Shown one piece after another: positions 31,319 through 42,172 of a stretch of DNA of 64,000 bases. How positions within the stretch are numbered: the first letter of the stretch is position 1; each line of letters begins with the position of its first letter. Source of the DNA: an uncultured Pseudomonadota bacterium. GTDB taxonomy: Bacteria; Oederibacteriota; Muellerivitia; Muellerivitales; Muellerivitaceae. The stretch lies in contig CAWJKT010000001.1 in NCBI GenBank assembly GCA_963843375.1, positions 128,001 to 192,000 on the forward strand. The letters are read 5' to 3'. Both the position numbers and the translations under genes were made by a program. The notes beneath the pieces are model-generated. The model worked only from the letters and a program-made list of their open reading frames with translations, was not told where the DNA came from and did no database searches.

Positions 31319-31593
31319 TTTTTCCTTCAGCCATCCTATAGGCATCGAAGAGTCGGCTAGCAGCTAGGGAACGCTTCCCCCGCCTTGAGATCTCAAATCA
31401 TTTTTAAACAAAAAATTTAAAAGTATCAAAATTAAAAAATTGGAACAATGAAGATTTCCGACAAACCGGACCTTTTGCTTTTTTAGTAAAAGTTTTAGTA
31501 AAATAAAACTTGCTCGGGACACCGGTGGCTTTTGATGTTTTTGAATTTTGACCTTGGGTTCCCGCATCCTAAACTCATCGATTGGAGTTGTTC

Positions 31594-32619
31594 ATGGGTT
31601 CCCACCCTACCATCAAGGATGTCGCCAAAAAAGCTGGAGTCTCCATTACTACCGTTTCATTTGTCCTCAATAAACGATCAAATGTGGTTATCAGCGAGGA
31701 AGTTAAAAAACGGGTTCTCAACGTGGCTCGGGAAATGGATTATCACCCCAGCGCCATGGCGGCGGGGTTGGCCGGGCGGCGGACGCGTAACCTGGGGGTG
31801 GTTTTTTACCAGGAAGATAAGATTATTTCCAACCAGTTTTATTCCTTTGTGATCGAAGGGATGGTTAAAGAAGCCGCGGATAAATATTTCAACCTCCTTT
31901 TTTCTTTCGTAGAAAATGCCTATAACGGTTACCAGAACCTCCCCAAAATCATTCGCGAGAAAAATGTGGATGGGGTTTTATTAATTGGGCGGGTCGAAGC
32001 CGAAATGGTAAAGGACATCCAGGGGCGCCATCTACCCGTGCTGGCCATTGACAACTATCCTTTTCTTAAGTCGATTGACACCATACAGATCGATAACAAG
32101 CAAGGAGGGACGATGGCGGTGGAGCATTTGATCCGATTGGGGCACAAGAATATCGGTCTTTTAAGTATCGCCAAAGGCCGGCCCAGTATCGAAGAAAGAA
32201 AAGAAGGTTGGATAAACGCGCATGCCAAACATGACTTGGCCCCCAATGAGGCTTTTGCCTTTGAGTGCGAGTCCCTGTCGTTCCAAAGCGGGTATGAAAA
32301 GACAAAGGAAGTTTTAAAGAAGAATAAAAAGATAACGGCCCTTTTTTGCGTCAATGATGAAATGGCGGCGGGGGCTTTACGGGCCGCCCATGAAATGGGC
32401 AGGTTGATACCAGCCGATTTAAGTATTGTGGGTTTTGATAACATAACAATGAGCAATTATACGGATCCTCCTTTAACCACCGTGAGCCCGGCGAAGGAAT
32501 ATATGGGAAAATTAGCTGTTTCCAGGGTGCTGGAAATGATCGAAAATAAAGAAACCCCGCCAAAACGGCAGGTAATTCCGGTAGAGCTCATCATTCGGAA
32601 TTCCACCTCCAAACCTTGA
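31594..32619 (+). CDS. LacI-family transcriptional regulator
   Basis: 'TIKDVAKKAGVSITTVSFVLN' HTH; 'NDEMAAGA', 'DLSIVGFDN', 'PPLTTV'. Confidence 0.95.
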   Translation: MGSHPTIKDVAKKAGVSITTVSFVLNKRSNVVISEEVKKRVLNVAREMDYHPSAMAAGLAGRRTRNLGVVFYQEDKIISNQFYSFVIEGMVKEAADKYFNLLFSFVENAYNGYQNLPKIIREKNVDGVLLIGRVEAEMVKDIQGRHLPVLAIDNYPFLKSIDTIQIDNKQGGTMAVEHLIRLGHKNIGLLSIAKGRPSIEERKEGWINAHAKHDLAPNEAFAFECESLSFQSGYEKTKEVLKKNKKITALFCVNDEMAAGALRAAHEMGRLIPADLSIVGFDNITMSNYTDPPLTTVSPAKEYMGKLAVSRVLEMIENKETPPKRQVIPVELIIRNSTSKP

Positions 32620-32802
32620 GTTTGCCCCAAAACAGGCCAAATGGACGCGGATAGGATGGATTTTCTGAATTTCCAGTGTCCCTCATTTTTAGTTAGAAAA
32701 CCTTTTCATCAATTATTGACGAAGCTCATAGTCACGGCTTGCCATTTCCTGTTAAAAAATGGAAGATAAAGCCCCTATATAACATTCGTTTTGGGAGGAC
32801 CC

Positions 32803-33553
32803 ATGCCCGCCAAAAAAAAGACGAAAACAGAAACAACCTCTTCCAAACCCCCAAACCTAAAATATCCGAAACGGCTAAAGTTTCCCGAAAAGCTCCCGGG
32901 CGGCCTAAGAAAATAGTGGCTCCCAAGTCTCCCCAAATAAGACCTCCAAGAATGTCGCTGAATCGTATCACGGCCCGACAAGTTGTCCGAAACTTCGGGC
33001 GAATCAATTCAAAAAAAATCCTTGCGGAAGGGAGAAACCCAGATGGTTGCCTTCATCCGGGATCCTCAGTGTATTTTTACTTACTGGGAAGTCACGCCCG
33101 AAAGCATCGAAGCCGTGAAACAACAATTGACGGATGAATATAAAGACAGCTCGATGGTCTTGCGTATTTTTAAAACGGGGCCCAAAGGCGAAACCGAATT
33201 GATCCAGGAAATCAGGGTGGAACCCGGTGAAATGAACCGCTATGTTGAATTAAAGGATCACGAAGTGGAAATTATTTCGTCGAGATCGCCCAAAAAGCCC
33301 TTTCCGGCCGTGTCGTCGTTTACGCCCGTTCCAATCAAATCATGACCGGAATTTCTTCGGAAGCTTCCGCTGATTCTCCGGCTTTATCCGATAACAAATG
33401 GGAAATCGCCGGAATTTTTTTTGGAATATTTCGCGGATGCGGATGAAAAGGAAGTTGCCGCTAACCATCCCCGGGATATCTTCCGCCGAAGCATATCGGA
33501 AGGAACTCCAAAGGAAAAAACTCGACCGATATTCCGCATCGAGAATCGGCTAA
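32803..33553 (+). CDS. DUF4912-domain protein, several apparent frameshifts
   Basis: ATG 32803 after gggagg; Lys-rich N-terminus; 'ETQMVAFIRDPQCIFTYWEV' resembles DUF4912; sits upstream of GH57, a usual pairing; frame broken several times, so boundaries are approximate. Confidence 0.65.
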
Positions 33554-33574
33554 AATTTCGGTTTTAAATGATTG

Positions 33575-35222
33575 ATGGAAAAGGATCGGTTTGTCCAACT
33601 CTTCCGCCGAAATTTCGCCGACCACAGGCATCCACTTGGATTCCTTTCTTTGGTGCTCCATTGCCATCTCCCTTATGTGCGCCATCCCGAATATGATTAT
33701 TTTTTAGAAGAAAATTGGTATTACGAGGCGCTTTTTGAAACATACCTTCCATTACTTTGTGTTTTTGAGGAACTGCTCCAGAAGAACATTCCTTTTCGAA
33801 TAACCCTTTCCATCTCCCCTACGCTTCTCTCCATGTGCTTAGATCCACTTTTACAAAAAAGGGCTGTTCGCTATGTTGACCAGTTGATCGACCTGGCCGA
33901 GAAAGAGAACACGCGAATTCAAAACTTTCCGGAGTTTAAGCCGGTTATTCAAATGTATCTTGAAAAACTGGTGAGGTATCGCCGGGTCTTCATTGAAAAG
34001 TATGAATGTAATATCGCGATCGGGTTCAAAAAATTTCAGAATTTTGGAAAAGTGGAGCTTATTACCTGCGCCGCCACCCATGGTTATCTTCCGCTCTTGG
34101 GAGTCCGTGAAACGGCCGTCCGGGCCCAAATCCAGACGGCGCTTCAACTTCATGAGGATTTTTTCGGCAGTAAACCTGCGAGGCTTTTGGCTGCCCGAGT
34201 GCGGTTATCAACCGGGCCAAGACCAAATCTTAAAAGACTATGGGCTGAAATATTTTTTTGTCGAGTCCCATGGGTTGCTCCAGGCGAATCCAAGACCCCA
34301 ATATGGGACTTTTGCCCCCATCCAATGTCCCTCGGGATTAACTGTTTTTGGAAGGGATAAGGAAAGTTCCAAACAAGTTTGGAGTTCCAAGGAAGGCTAT
34401 CCCGGAGATCCGGATTACCGGGAATTTTATCGGGACGCGGGATTCGATTTGGATGAAAAAGATTTGCATCCCTATCTTCAACCGGAAGGCATCCGGAGGT
34501 TTACCGGGCTTAAATATTATCGCGTAACAGGTCCCGGGGAACAAAAAGAACCTTACCAACCGGAGCGGGCAAGATGGAAAGCCCGACAGCACGCTCAAGA
34601 CTTCCTTGCTAATCGCCAAAGGCAAGCAGGGGAAGTAGGGCCCTCGATGAACCGCCCCCCGTTGGTGACCTGTATCTATGATGCTGAATTATTCGGCCAT
34701 TGGTGGTATGAAGGCCCGGATTTCATTTATTTTCTTTTTGAACTGAATCACCAGATAAACAGTCCCCTTTCTTTTATAACACCCTCCGATTATTTAAAGG
34801 GATTTCCCGAAATCCAACCCACCCAGCCGGTTTTTTCCTCCTGGGGATTGGGGGGATATTCGGAAGTGTGGCTGAATGAAACCAATGATTGGATTTATCC
34901 CTTATTGAGCGCGGCTTGCGATGAAATAACGGCTCTTGCTGGAATAAAAGAAAGGATGATGGAGTTAAACCAGCGTGCCCTGAACCAGGCAGCCCGTGAA
35001 TTGCTCCTGGCCCAGGCCAGCGATTGGGCTTTTATGCTTTATACCGGAAATCACCGTCTGTACGCGGAACGCCGAATCAAAAACCATCTAAGCCGATTCA
35101 ACCAATTATTGGATCAAGTCCGTGAAAACAAAGTCGATGAACGGTTTCTTTCTGATTTGGAAGAAAGGGTCAACCTCTTTCCCGAAATAGACTACCGTGT
35201 TTATCAAAGCCCATCGAAATAA
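33575..35222 (+). CDS. GH57 1,4-alpha-glucan branching enzyme (DUF1957), one apparent frameshift near 34180
   Basis: 'LVLHCHLPYVRHPE', 'ETYLPLL', 'CAATHGYLPLL' then, in the next frame, 'GFWLPECGY', 'YDAELFGHWWYEGP', 'QAARELLLAQASDWAF'. Confidence 0.9.
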
Positions 35223-35312
35223 GGGAAAATCGTCTTTCTCCCGCCTTTTATCTTTTTGCCTAATCCTAAAACCACGGCTACAATAACGCCACTTTCCATC
35301 GGGAGATGCGCC

Positions 35313-36263
35313 TTGAAAACCGTGATCGGTGTGGATTTGGGCGGGACCAATATTGTTTCGGCTGTAGTGGATGAAAAAGGAAAAATCCTAGGCAAAGATA
35401 ATCGCAAGACCATGTCCTCCTTGGGTGCGACGGGTGTCATGAACCGGATTGTCGAAAGCGCGCGCGCAGCGTCTGCCAGCAGCGGACAACCTTGGGCCTC
35501 CCATTTAGCGGTGGGCATTGGTTCCCCCGGACCCCTTGATCCTAAAAAAGGGGTCATTCTTTATACTCCCAATCTCAATTGGAAAAACGTTCACATCGTG
35601 GATTTCCTCAAAAAAAAGCTTCATAAAAGGGTGGTGCTCGAAAATGACGCCAACCTGGCCGCCTTGGGTGAAAGTTGGGTAGGGGCGGGCAAAGGCGAAA
35701 GGGTGGTTTTGTGCGTTACCCTTGGGACGGGAGTAGGCGGAGGTCTTATCTTGGACGGGAAGATTTATGAAGGCGCGACGGGAGTCAGCAACCATATCGG
35801 CCACATGGTCGTCATTCCCGATGGACCCCCAACGCCCTATGGCAACAGCGGCATCCTGGAACAGTATGTTTCCGCAACAGGTATAATCCGTTTGGCCACT
35901 GAGGCGGGGCTCAAACTTCCACCGGGCCAGCCAATGGAGGCCTATTCCTTCCAAAAAATGGCGGAAGCCGGAAATAAAAAAGCTTTGAAAGTCTATGACA
36001 AGGCGGGTCGCATTTTAGGAGTTGGCCTTACCTCGGCGATCCATCTCTTGAATCCCGGAATGATAATTTTTAGCGGTGGTGTGGCTGGAGCGGGAGATCT
36101 TTTGATGAAGCCCATGATGAAAGAGCTTCGAAAGCGTTGTTTTAAATCCCACTTAAGTGGCTTAAAATTCCGAACGGCGAAACTGGGTGACAATATGGGA
36201 GCTGTCGGCGCGGCCCGACTTGCTTGGCAATCCTTTCTAACGCCCAAAAACCCCCGGAATTAA
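35313..36263 (+). CDS. ROK-family sugar kinase (glucokinase-like)
   Basis: 'IGVDLGGTN', 'GIGSPGP', 'ENDANLAALGE', 'TLGTGVGGG', 'IGHMVV'; TTG start after gggag. Confidence 0.9.
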   Translation: MKTVIGVDLGGTNIVSAVVDEKGKILGKDNRKTMSSLGATGVMNRIVESARAASASSGQPWASHLAVGIGSPGPLDPKKGVILYTPNLNWKNVHIVDFLKKKLHKRVVLENDANLAALGESWVGAGKGERVVLCVTLGTGVGGGLILDGKIYEGATGVSNHIGHMVVIPDGPPTPYGNSGILEQYVSATGIIRLATEAGLKLPPGQPMEAYSFQKMAEAGNKKALKVYDKAGRILGVGLTSAIHLLNPGMIIFSGGVAGAGDLLMKPMMKELRKRCFKSHLSGLKFRTAKLGDNMGAVGAARLAWQSFLTPKNPRN

Positions 36264-36296
36264 GCCGCTTTTGCCCTAACATTCCAATAAAAAAAG

Positions 36297-36325
36297 TTGC
36301 ACTTCGAGATACATGTGCTTAGAAT
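36297..36325 (+). promoter_or_regulatory. Sigma70-type promoter of the small secreted protein gene
   Basis: TTGCAC-17 nt-TAGAAT preceded by an A tract (UP-element-like). Confidence 0.6.
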
Positions 36326-36414
36326 ACCCGCTTTCAACGACCTTCTGCTTCGGCGTTGGGCGTTGGATTGTGAAATAGTGGTCGACCACTGTTTTAATTT
36401 CAAGGAGGCTTCTA

Positions 36415-36639
36415 ATGAAGCGTTTTTTTGCTGCGTTGATGACCGTGTTGTTCCTCGGAGCAACCGGTGTTGTTTTGGCTGATGAAGCTGCCGCTCCAGC
36501 TGCTGCCGCTCCGGCTGCTGATAGCACTGCCGCGCCAAAGGCGATGAAGAAGAAGAAGAAGGCCAAAAAGAAGAAGAAGGCCGCTGCCGCTGCTGCTCCT
36601 GCGGCCGATGCTTCGACTGCTGCTCCGGCCGCCAAGTAA
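36415..36639 (+). CDS. Small secreted Ala/Lys-rich protein (Asr-like composition)
   Basis: RBS aaggagg; signal peptide 'MKRFF...VLA|DE'; poly-Lys core between Ala/Pro repeats; own promoter and terminator. Confidence 0.75.
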   Translation: MKRFFAALMTVLFLGATGVVLADEAAAPAAAAPAADSTAAPKAMKKKKKAKKKKKAAAAAAPAADASTAAPAAK

Positions 36640-36692
36640 TTACGGCGCCAAGTCTGTTCAGGTTTCAGGCCTTATAGCCTGGAACTTTCATG

Positions 36693-36727
36693 ATCGGATG
36701 GATCGAAAGATCCATCCGATTTTTTTT
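36693..36727 (+). terminator. Rho-independent terminator
   Basis: ATCGGATGGATC-gaaa-GATCCATCCGAT followed by seven more T. Confidence 0.9.
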
Positions 36728-36735
36728 GCCCTAAA

Positions 36736-38424
36736 TTATTTTAAAAATTCGTCCGTGACGGCGCCTTGACTGGCCGATGAGACCAAATGAGTATATTTGC
36801 CCAAAACCCCTTTTGGATAGGGATTGGCAATCGGTTTCCACTTGGCTTTTCGTTTTTTCAGTTCCGCCGGGGTCACTTGTAATTCCAGCTTTTTTTTCTT
36901 TGCGTCGATAGTGATCATGTCGCCATCCTTTATCAATCCAATGGGACCGCCCACCTGGGCCTCGGGGGCGATGTGACCCACGACCAAACCATGGGTTCCC
37001 CCGCTGAACCGCCCGTCCGTGATCAAGCCGATTTTTTCACCCAGCCCTTGGCCTACCAGGGCCGCCGTAATGGCCAGCATTTCCCGCATTCCAGGGCCGC
37101 CTTTGGGACCCTCATAGCGAATGACAACCACATCGCCAGCCTTAATTTTCTTTTTCTGAATGGCCTCGAAAGCAGCTTCCTCTCCATTGAAAACCTTGGC
37201 TGGTCCCGTATGGGTGATGACTTTCAGTCCGGAGATCTTAGCCACCGCCCCCTCGGGGGCCAAGTTGCCCTTCAATATCACCATCGGGGCCGTGGGGAAC
37301 AGGGGATTATCGATGTGGCGGATGATGGGTTGGTTCTTGGAAAGAGGGGCGGCTTCTTTGAGGTTTTCCTTCACCGTTTTTCCGGTGACGGTCAGGCAAT
37401 CGCCATGGATCAATTTGGCTTCTAAAAGCATCTTCATGACGGCCGGGATACCGCCAATACGGTCCAAGTCAGCCGCGACGTATTTACCGCTGGGTTTCAA
37501 ATCCGCCAAATGGGGAACCTTCCCGCCCAGGCGATCGAAGTCCTCAATGGTCAGTTTTACCCCGACGGATTTTGCCATGGCAATCAGGTGCAGAACGACA
37601 TTAGTTGAACCACCCAGGGCAAAGGCCACCGTGATCGCGTTTTCAAAAGCCTTTTTGGTCATGATGTCCTTGGGACGAATCCCCTGCTTGATCATTTCCA
37701 CGACGGAGGCGCCAGCCTTGTCACACAAAATTCTTTTGGGCTCGCCCACGGCGGGTTGACAGGAATCGTGGGGAAGGGACATGCCCATCGCCTCAATCGC
37801 GGAGGCCATCGTGTTAGCCGTGTACATGCCGCCGCAAGAACCGGCGGTCGGACAGGCATTGCACTCGATGGCTTTAAGCTGTTCCTTGTCTATTTTTCCC
37901 GAACTGAATTGGCCCACCGCCTCGAAAATAGAAACGATGTCAATGTCCTTCCCGTTGTACTTGCCCGGCAGGATGGTTCCGCCATAAATAAAGATAGCGG
38001 GGACATTCAGGCGCCCGATACCCATGAGAGCCCCCGGCATATTCTTATCGCAACCACCGATGGCCACTAAGCCGTCGAACCGCTGGGCGTTGGAAACCAC
38101 CTCTATAGAATCGGCGATCACCTCACGGGAAACCAGGGAGAATTTCATTCCCTCGTGGCCCATGGAAATACCATCCGAGACCGTAATGGTTCCGAAGGTT
38201 TGGCCCATGCCCTGGGCCTGTTGGATCCCTTGTTTGACCCTCTCGGCCAGCTCGTTCAAGTGCATGTTGCAGGGGGTGATTTCACTCCAGGGAGAGGCGA
38301 TACCGATGATAGGTTTTTGGAAGTCGGCGTCCTTAAAGCCCACAGCCCTGAGCATGGCCCGGTTGGGAGCCCGCTTATCCCCTTCCGTCATCATGGAAGA
38401 CCTTTGATTGAGCTTTTTTGTCAT
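36736..38424 (-). CDS. ilvD: Dihydroxy-acid dehydratase
   Basis: 'PCNMHL', '[19 protein letters not shown]', 'GGCDKNMPG', '[10 protein letters not shown]', '[13 protein letters not shown]', 'TDGRFSGG'. Confidence 0.97.
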   Translation of the reverse strand: MTKKLNQRSSMMTEGDKRAPNRAMLRAVGFKDADFQKPIIGIASPWSEITPCNMHLNELAERVKQGIQQAQGMGQTFGTITVSDGISMGHEGMKFSLVSREVIADSIEVVSNAQRFDGLVAIGGCDKNMPGALMGIGRLNVPAIFIYGGTILPGKYNGKDIDIVSIFEAVGQFSSGKIDKEQLKAIECNACPTAGSCGGMYTANTMASAIEAMGMSLPHDSCQPAVGEPKRILCDKAGASVVEMIKQGIRPKDIMTKKAFENAITVAFALGGSTNVVLHLIAMAKSVGVKLTIEDFDRLGGKVPHLADLKPSGKYVAADLDRIGGIPAVMKMLLEAKLIHGDCLTVTGKTVKENLKEAAPLSKNQPIIRHIDNPLFPTAPMVILKGNLAPEGAVAKISGLKVITHTGPAKVFNGEEAAFEAIQKKKIKAGDVVVIRYEGPKGGPGMREMLAITAALVGQGLGEKIGLITDGRFSGGTHGLVVGHIAPEAQVGGPIGLIKDGDMITIDAKKKKLELQVTPAELKKRKAKWKPIANPYPKGVLGKYTHLVSSASQGAVTDEFLK

Positions 38425-38475
38425 TGGAATTGCCTTTCGCGTTTGGAATGGTTGAACATGCCGGATAAAGACTTT

Positions 38476-38916
38476 TTACAGGATCGACAAAACTTCCTTG
38501 CTATGGCCTTCGGGATTCACCTGGGCGAAGTACTTTTTGATCTTGCCTTCCTTATCGATAACCGCGGTAACCCTGCGACTGGTTCCCTTTTCAGGATTGA
38601 AGCCATCGTAAGCCTTGGATACGGAACCATCTGGATCGGAAAGCAGAGGAAAATTCAAACTGAATTTCTTGGTGAACTCGTTGTGACTTTGCAAGTTATC
38701 GGTGGAAACTCCGAATACCACCGCGTCCTTTGACAATAACTGGGAGATGTCATCCCGGAAACTGCAGGCTTCCTTAGTGCAGCCCGGAGTGTCGTCTTTG
38801 GGATAAAAATAAACAATGACGTTTTTCTTTCCCTTGAAGCGGGACAATTGGATGGTGCTTCCGTCCGTGGACTTAAGGCTGAAATCGGGAGCGGGACTAC
38901 CTTCTTGAAGCGGCAT
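38476..38916 (-). CDS. bcp: Peroxiredoxin, BCP/PrxQ type
   Basis: 'YFYPKDDTPGCTKEACSFRD'. Confidence 0.93.
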   Translation of the reverse strand: MPLQEGSPAPDFSLKSTDGSTIQLSRFKGKKNVIVYFYPKDDTPGCTKEACSFRDDISQLLSKDAVVFGVSTDNLQSHNEFTKKFSLNFPLLSDPDGSVSKAYDGFNPEKGTSRRVTAVIDKEGKIKKYFAQVNPEGHSKEVLSIL

Positions 38917-38970
38917 TGGACCCTCCTTCGTTGAAATGAAGGGGCATTTTAGTGCGAGCGGGTCGGGGAC

Positions 38971-41262
38971 TCAAGCGAGGATGCGGTTTATCAGGAAGAA
39001 GGAAAAGACCCCGAAAAAGGTGAAAAACAGGAAAAAGCCGAGGCGCAGGCCGATGGGATTGAAATTCAATTCCACTTGGTTTTTTCCTTTCTCAAGGGGT
39101 ATGCCCATCAGGACTTCATTACAAAGAAAAGGCTTTTCCTCGTGCCCGTTCACTAGGCCTTTCCAACCAGATAGATAAGTTTTTTGCAAAGACAGAAGGA
39201 CGGGTTGGCTCGAAAAAACACTGATGGAAAGGTTCGTTTCTCCCCATTTATTAATTTGAGGATGGGGGAGCATTTTGCAGGGAAGCGTTTTTAAATTAAA
39301 AAGGGGGCCGGGGTTGGAAGGAAGAACGTCCAAATAAGCTTGCGGATAAGCCCCTGGAAGAAAGTAGACATAAGGATAATGATTTTGGAGGGTCGTAAAG
39401 GTCGCGGAAAGAGCCAATGGCATATCGGAAACGATTTGGTCTACACCCATCATTCGTAGAAGGTCAAGATTTTTGGAAAAACCAAGAGGATCGCGTTCTT
39501 TATATACCCAAGAAAACCATCCCAGTTTGGTCCAGATATCGGCATAGTGACTTGGGGTTGGGTTGGCGTCGAAAACCAGATTGGGCCGGTTGAACATCAA
39601 GTTCATGTTGGGGTATGCCATTTCCCCATATTGGTTTGGCAAGGGGGAGGGGTTGTTATAGAGAAGTGTCAGGGTCCTGCTTTCGGGGGCGGGAACCTTA
39701 GGGGTGGTTATGTCCGATGGTTTATAAAAAGAATTTCCCAAAGGCATTCGGAATGAGTAAAGGTCGGTTAAAACCAAAAAGAGAAGAAAAACTTTGAGGT
39801 AGGACGAGTTCCACCGAGCCCGTCCCCAAACCACCGCAAGCAAGCAACCCGAAAAGAGAATGGGGAGTAAAACCCGGAAATGGAGGAGATTTAAATTAAG
39901 GGCAAGGGCTTCTAATTTTTGAGGAACATGGCTCAGGTAAAAGGAGAAGGTCTGGAGGTGAGCCGGGTCTCCCAAAAGAAAATGGCGGATAAAGAAAGCG
40001 GCGGCGGATTCCAAAATAGGCCGTCCCAAAGCGTATAGGACAAGGCCAAACAAAGGAATCCCGATAACGACCCCGGCGATTCCAGCTGCGATTTTTTTAC
40101 CCCAAGCTTCTTTATTGTCTTCTTTGAACCAACTGTCCCATCCTATGGCCGCCCCTATTCCCAAGATCCAAGTAGCCAAAAACCAATAACGGGAGGGGTC
40201 GCGAAAGAAAGAAAAAACGGGAAAGGATTGGACGATGGAGTAGAAAAAAGAGAATCTTCCCATTGACATCACCAAAGAGAACAGAAAAGTAAGTGAAATC
40301 CATTTTCTTCGAGGGTCTTTAAGTGAGAAAAAGAAAATGATGAAAAATAAGCCGACGATGGAGAAAGCCACTTGCATTTCAACAAACTGGTACTGCCACC
40401 AATAGTCCATTCCAGCGCGGTCATATTGCGTTTTCCCGAAAAACCAAGGGAAGAAAAAAGTGAGAAAATTGAGAGGCGTCCAGGAGTGGTAAAAACGGTC
40501 GATGGTGCCCCATTGGGTTTGAAAGTCGCCTTTTAAGCATTCAGCCGTAAAAAGAATAAGTGGTGAGGCTACGAACATGGCTCCTATTCCCATCGTAGCC
40601 GTGGATCTCAAACGAGTTTGAAGCGTAAAAGAGTTGAAAAGAAAGGACCAAGAGAGGAAGAAAAGAACCTCCAGAAAGAAAACCTGGGGGTGGCCGGACA
40701 TCAGATTTAAACCCATCAAAAGGGAAGATAAAAGAAGCCAAAAGACACGACGGGTTTCCAGGTGAAGCAATAGGGTAAGGAATGCCCATGGAAAAAAGGC
40801 GTGAGCCCAGGCGACATTTAAATGGTCTAATTGGGCCATTTGGTGGCCGTTGAATCCCCAAATAAAGGCTAAAAGCAAGGAAGCGGACCGGGATAAGCTA
40901 AGTTGGCGACCTAAAAAATAAGTTCCGACCAAATAGATGACTTGAGGAGCTAAAAAAAGAAGATTGAATACAAAGACATAAGATGAAAAGAAGTGGAATA
41001 ACCAAAGAATGGGGGACAAAACCCCCGCCATCGAAAAAGCAGCGATCGGAGCTCCATGCATGGTGTTATCACAAATAAGCGGCAATTTATCTTGGATGAG
41101 ATGCTGGTGAACCCAATAGTAAACCGGTTCATATAAGACCGAAAGGTCCAGGGAAAGAAAGAATTGGGTGAAGGGATGGCGCCATTCCTTGAAGAATAAT
41201 AGGAAAGCGTAAGTTAAAAAGAGAAGGGCAGGGCCTTCTTGGCGCCAAAAAGATTTCGACAT
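38971..41262 (-). CDS. YfhO-family multi-TM GT-C protein
   Basis: 'DLSVLYEP', 'GHPQVF', 'FRDPSRY', C-terminal 'YLSGWKG.VNG...MGIPLEKGKNQVELNF'. Confidence 0.72.
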   Translation of the reverse strand: MSKSFWRQEGPALLFLTYAFLLFFKEWRHPFTQFFLSLDLSVLYEPVYYWVHQHLIQDKLPLICDNTMHGAPIAAFSMAGVLSPILWLFHFFSSYVFVFNLLFLAPQVIYLVGTYFLGRQLSLSRSASLLLAFIWGFNGHQMAQLDHLNVAWAHAFFPWAFLTLLLHLETRRVFWLLLSSLLMGLNLMSGHPQVFFLEVLFFLSWSFLFNSFTLQTRLRSTATMGIGAMFVASPLILFTAECLKGDFQTQWGTIDRFYHSWTPLNFLTFFFPWFFGKTQYDRAGMDYWWQYQFVEMQVAFSIVGLFFIIFFFSLKDPRRKWISLTFLFSLVMSMGRFSFFYSIVQSFPVFSFFRDPSRYWFLATWILGIGAAIGWDSWFKEDNKEAWGKKIAAGIAGVVIGIPLFGLVLYALGRPILESAAAFFIRHFLLGDPAHLQTFSFYLSHVPQKLEALALNLNLLHFRVLLPILFSGCLLAVVWGRARWNSSYLKVFLLFLVLTDLYSFRMPLGNSFYKPSDITTPKVPAPESRTLTLLYNNPSPLPNQYGEMAYPNMNLMFNRPNLVFDANPTPSHYADIWTKLGWFSWVYKERDPLGFSKNLDLLRMMGVDQIVSDMPLALSATFTTLQNHYPYVYFLPGAYPQAYLDVLPSNPGPLFNLKTLPCKMLPHPQINKWGETNLSISVFSSQPVLLSLQKTYLSGWKGLVNGHEEKPFLCNEVLMGIPLEKGKNQVELNFNPIGLRLGFFLFFTFFGVFSFFLINRILA

Positions 41263-41269
41263 AGGGGAA

Positions 41270-42172
41270 TTAGACTTTTCGATGAGCGTTTTTTTCAAGG
41301 AATTGGAGCAATTCTCCGGTCACGTTTCCCAGGCAGATTTCCTCAACGGGTCCCCGCATGGTTAGCTCATAGGTTTCGCTGACTTTCAAAGCGAGATCGC
41401 CGCCGGGCATGTGGAGGGTCAATTCCCGGTCGGTTTTACCCGTTTTGACGCAAACCGCGGCAACCGCGCAAGAGGAAGAACCGGAAGCCAGGGTATAGCC
41501 CGCACCCCTTTCCCAGATGCGAATGCTGACCTCTTTACGGTTGTTGACCACGGCGAACTGGACGTTTGTGCGATTTGGGAAAAGAGGATGCTTTTCAAAT
41601 AACGGGCCATATTCATGCGCCAAAGATTCGGCTTCCTCGATATTATTGACAAAAACCACACAATGTGGATTTCCCATTGAAACGCAATTAATCCTGAAGC
41701 TATCCCCGGGTTTGATGGGTGGAATCAACTTATCAATGACTTCCGCTTCGCTGTTCGGAACATTAATGGGAATTTTTCCAGACTCAAAGATGGCCTTTCC
41801 CATATCCACCGTCACAGCCGCGGCTTTGCCCACCACTAAGTGTAATTGGGCCTGAACTTTGCCCCCCGCTGTTTCAATTTCAAAAAAAGTTTTTTCGGTA
41901 TAGCCATGTTCAAATAGGAATTTACAGAATATCCTCAGGCCGTTACCGCTTTTTTCTGCTTCGCTTCCATCCGGGTTATAAATTCTCACGCGGGCCAGGG
42001 AAGAATCGGATTTCTCCACAGCTAAAATGCCGTCCGAACCGACGCCGGTATTGCGATTACAGACGCGGATGATGTTCTGGGAGGTTAATTCAAAAGAAAG
42101 GGAGGCGGGGTCCATTACGAGATAATCATTTCCCAAACCATGGGAACGGACGAACTGGTTCTTCGAGAGCAT
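41270..42172 (-). CDS. dapF: Diaminopimelate epimerase
   Basis: 'HGLGNDY', 'GVGSDG', 'NPDGSEAEKSGNG', 'SMGNPHCV', 'WERGAGYTLASGS'. Confidence 0.92.
   Translation of the reverse strand: MLSKNQFVRSHGLGNDYLVMDPASLSFELTSQNIIRVCNRNTGVGSDGILAVEKSDSSLARVRIYNPDGSEAEKSGNGLRIFCKFLFEHGYTEKTFFEIETAGGKVQAQLHLVVGKAAAVTVDMGKAIFESGKIPINVPNSEAEVIDKLIPPIKPGDSFRINCVSMGNPHCVVFVNNIEEAESLAHEYGPLFEKHPLFPNRTNVQFAVVNNRKEVSIRIWERGAGYTLASGSSSCAVAAVCVKTGKTDRELTLHMPGGDLALKVSETYELTMRGPVEEICLGNVTGELLQFLEKNAHRKV

Noticed and set aside
36276..36635. 119 aa Ala/Phe-rich minus-strand ORF
   Set aside because: Antisense of the small secreted protein, which has the promoter, RBS, signal peptide and terminator.
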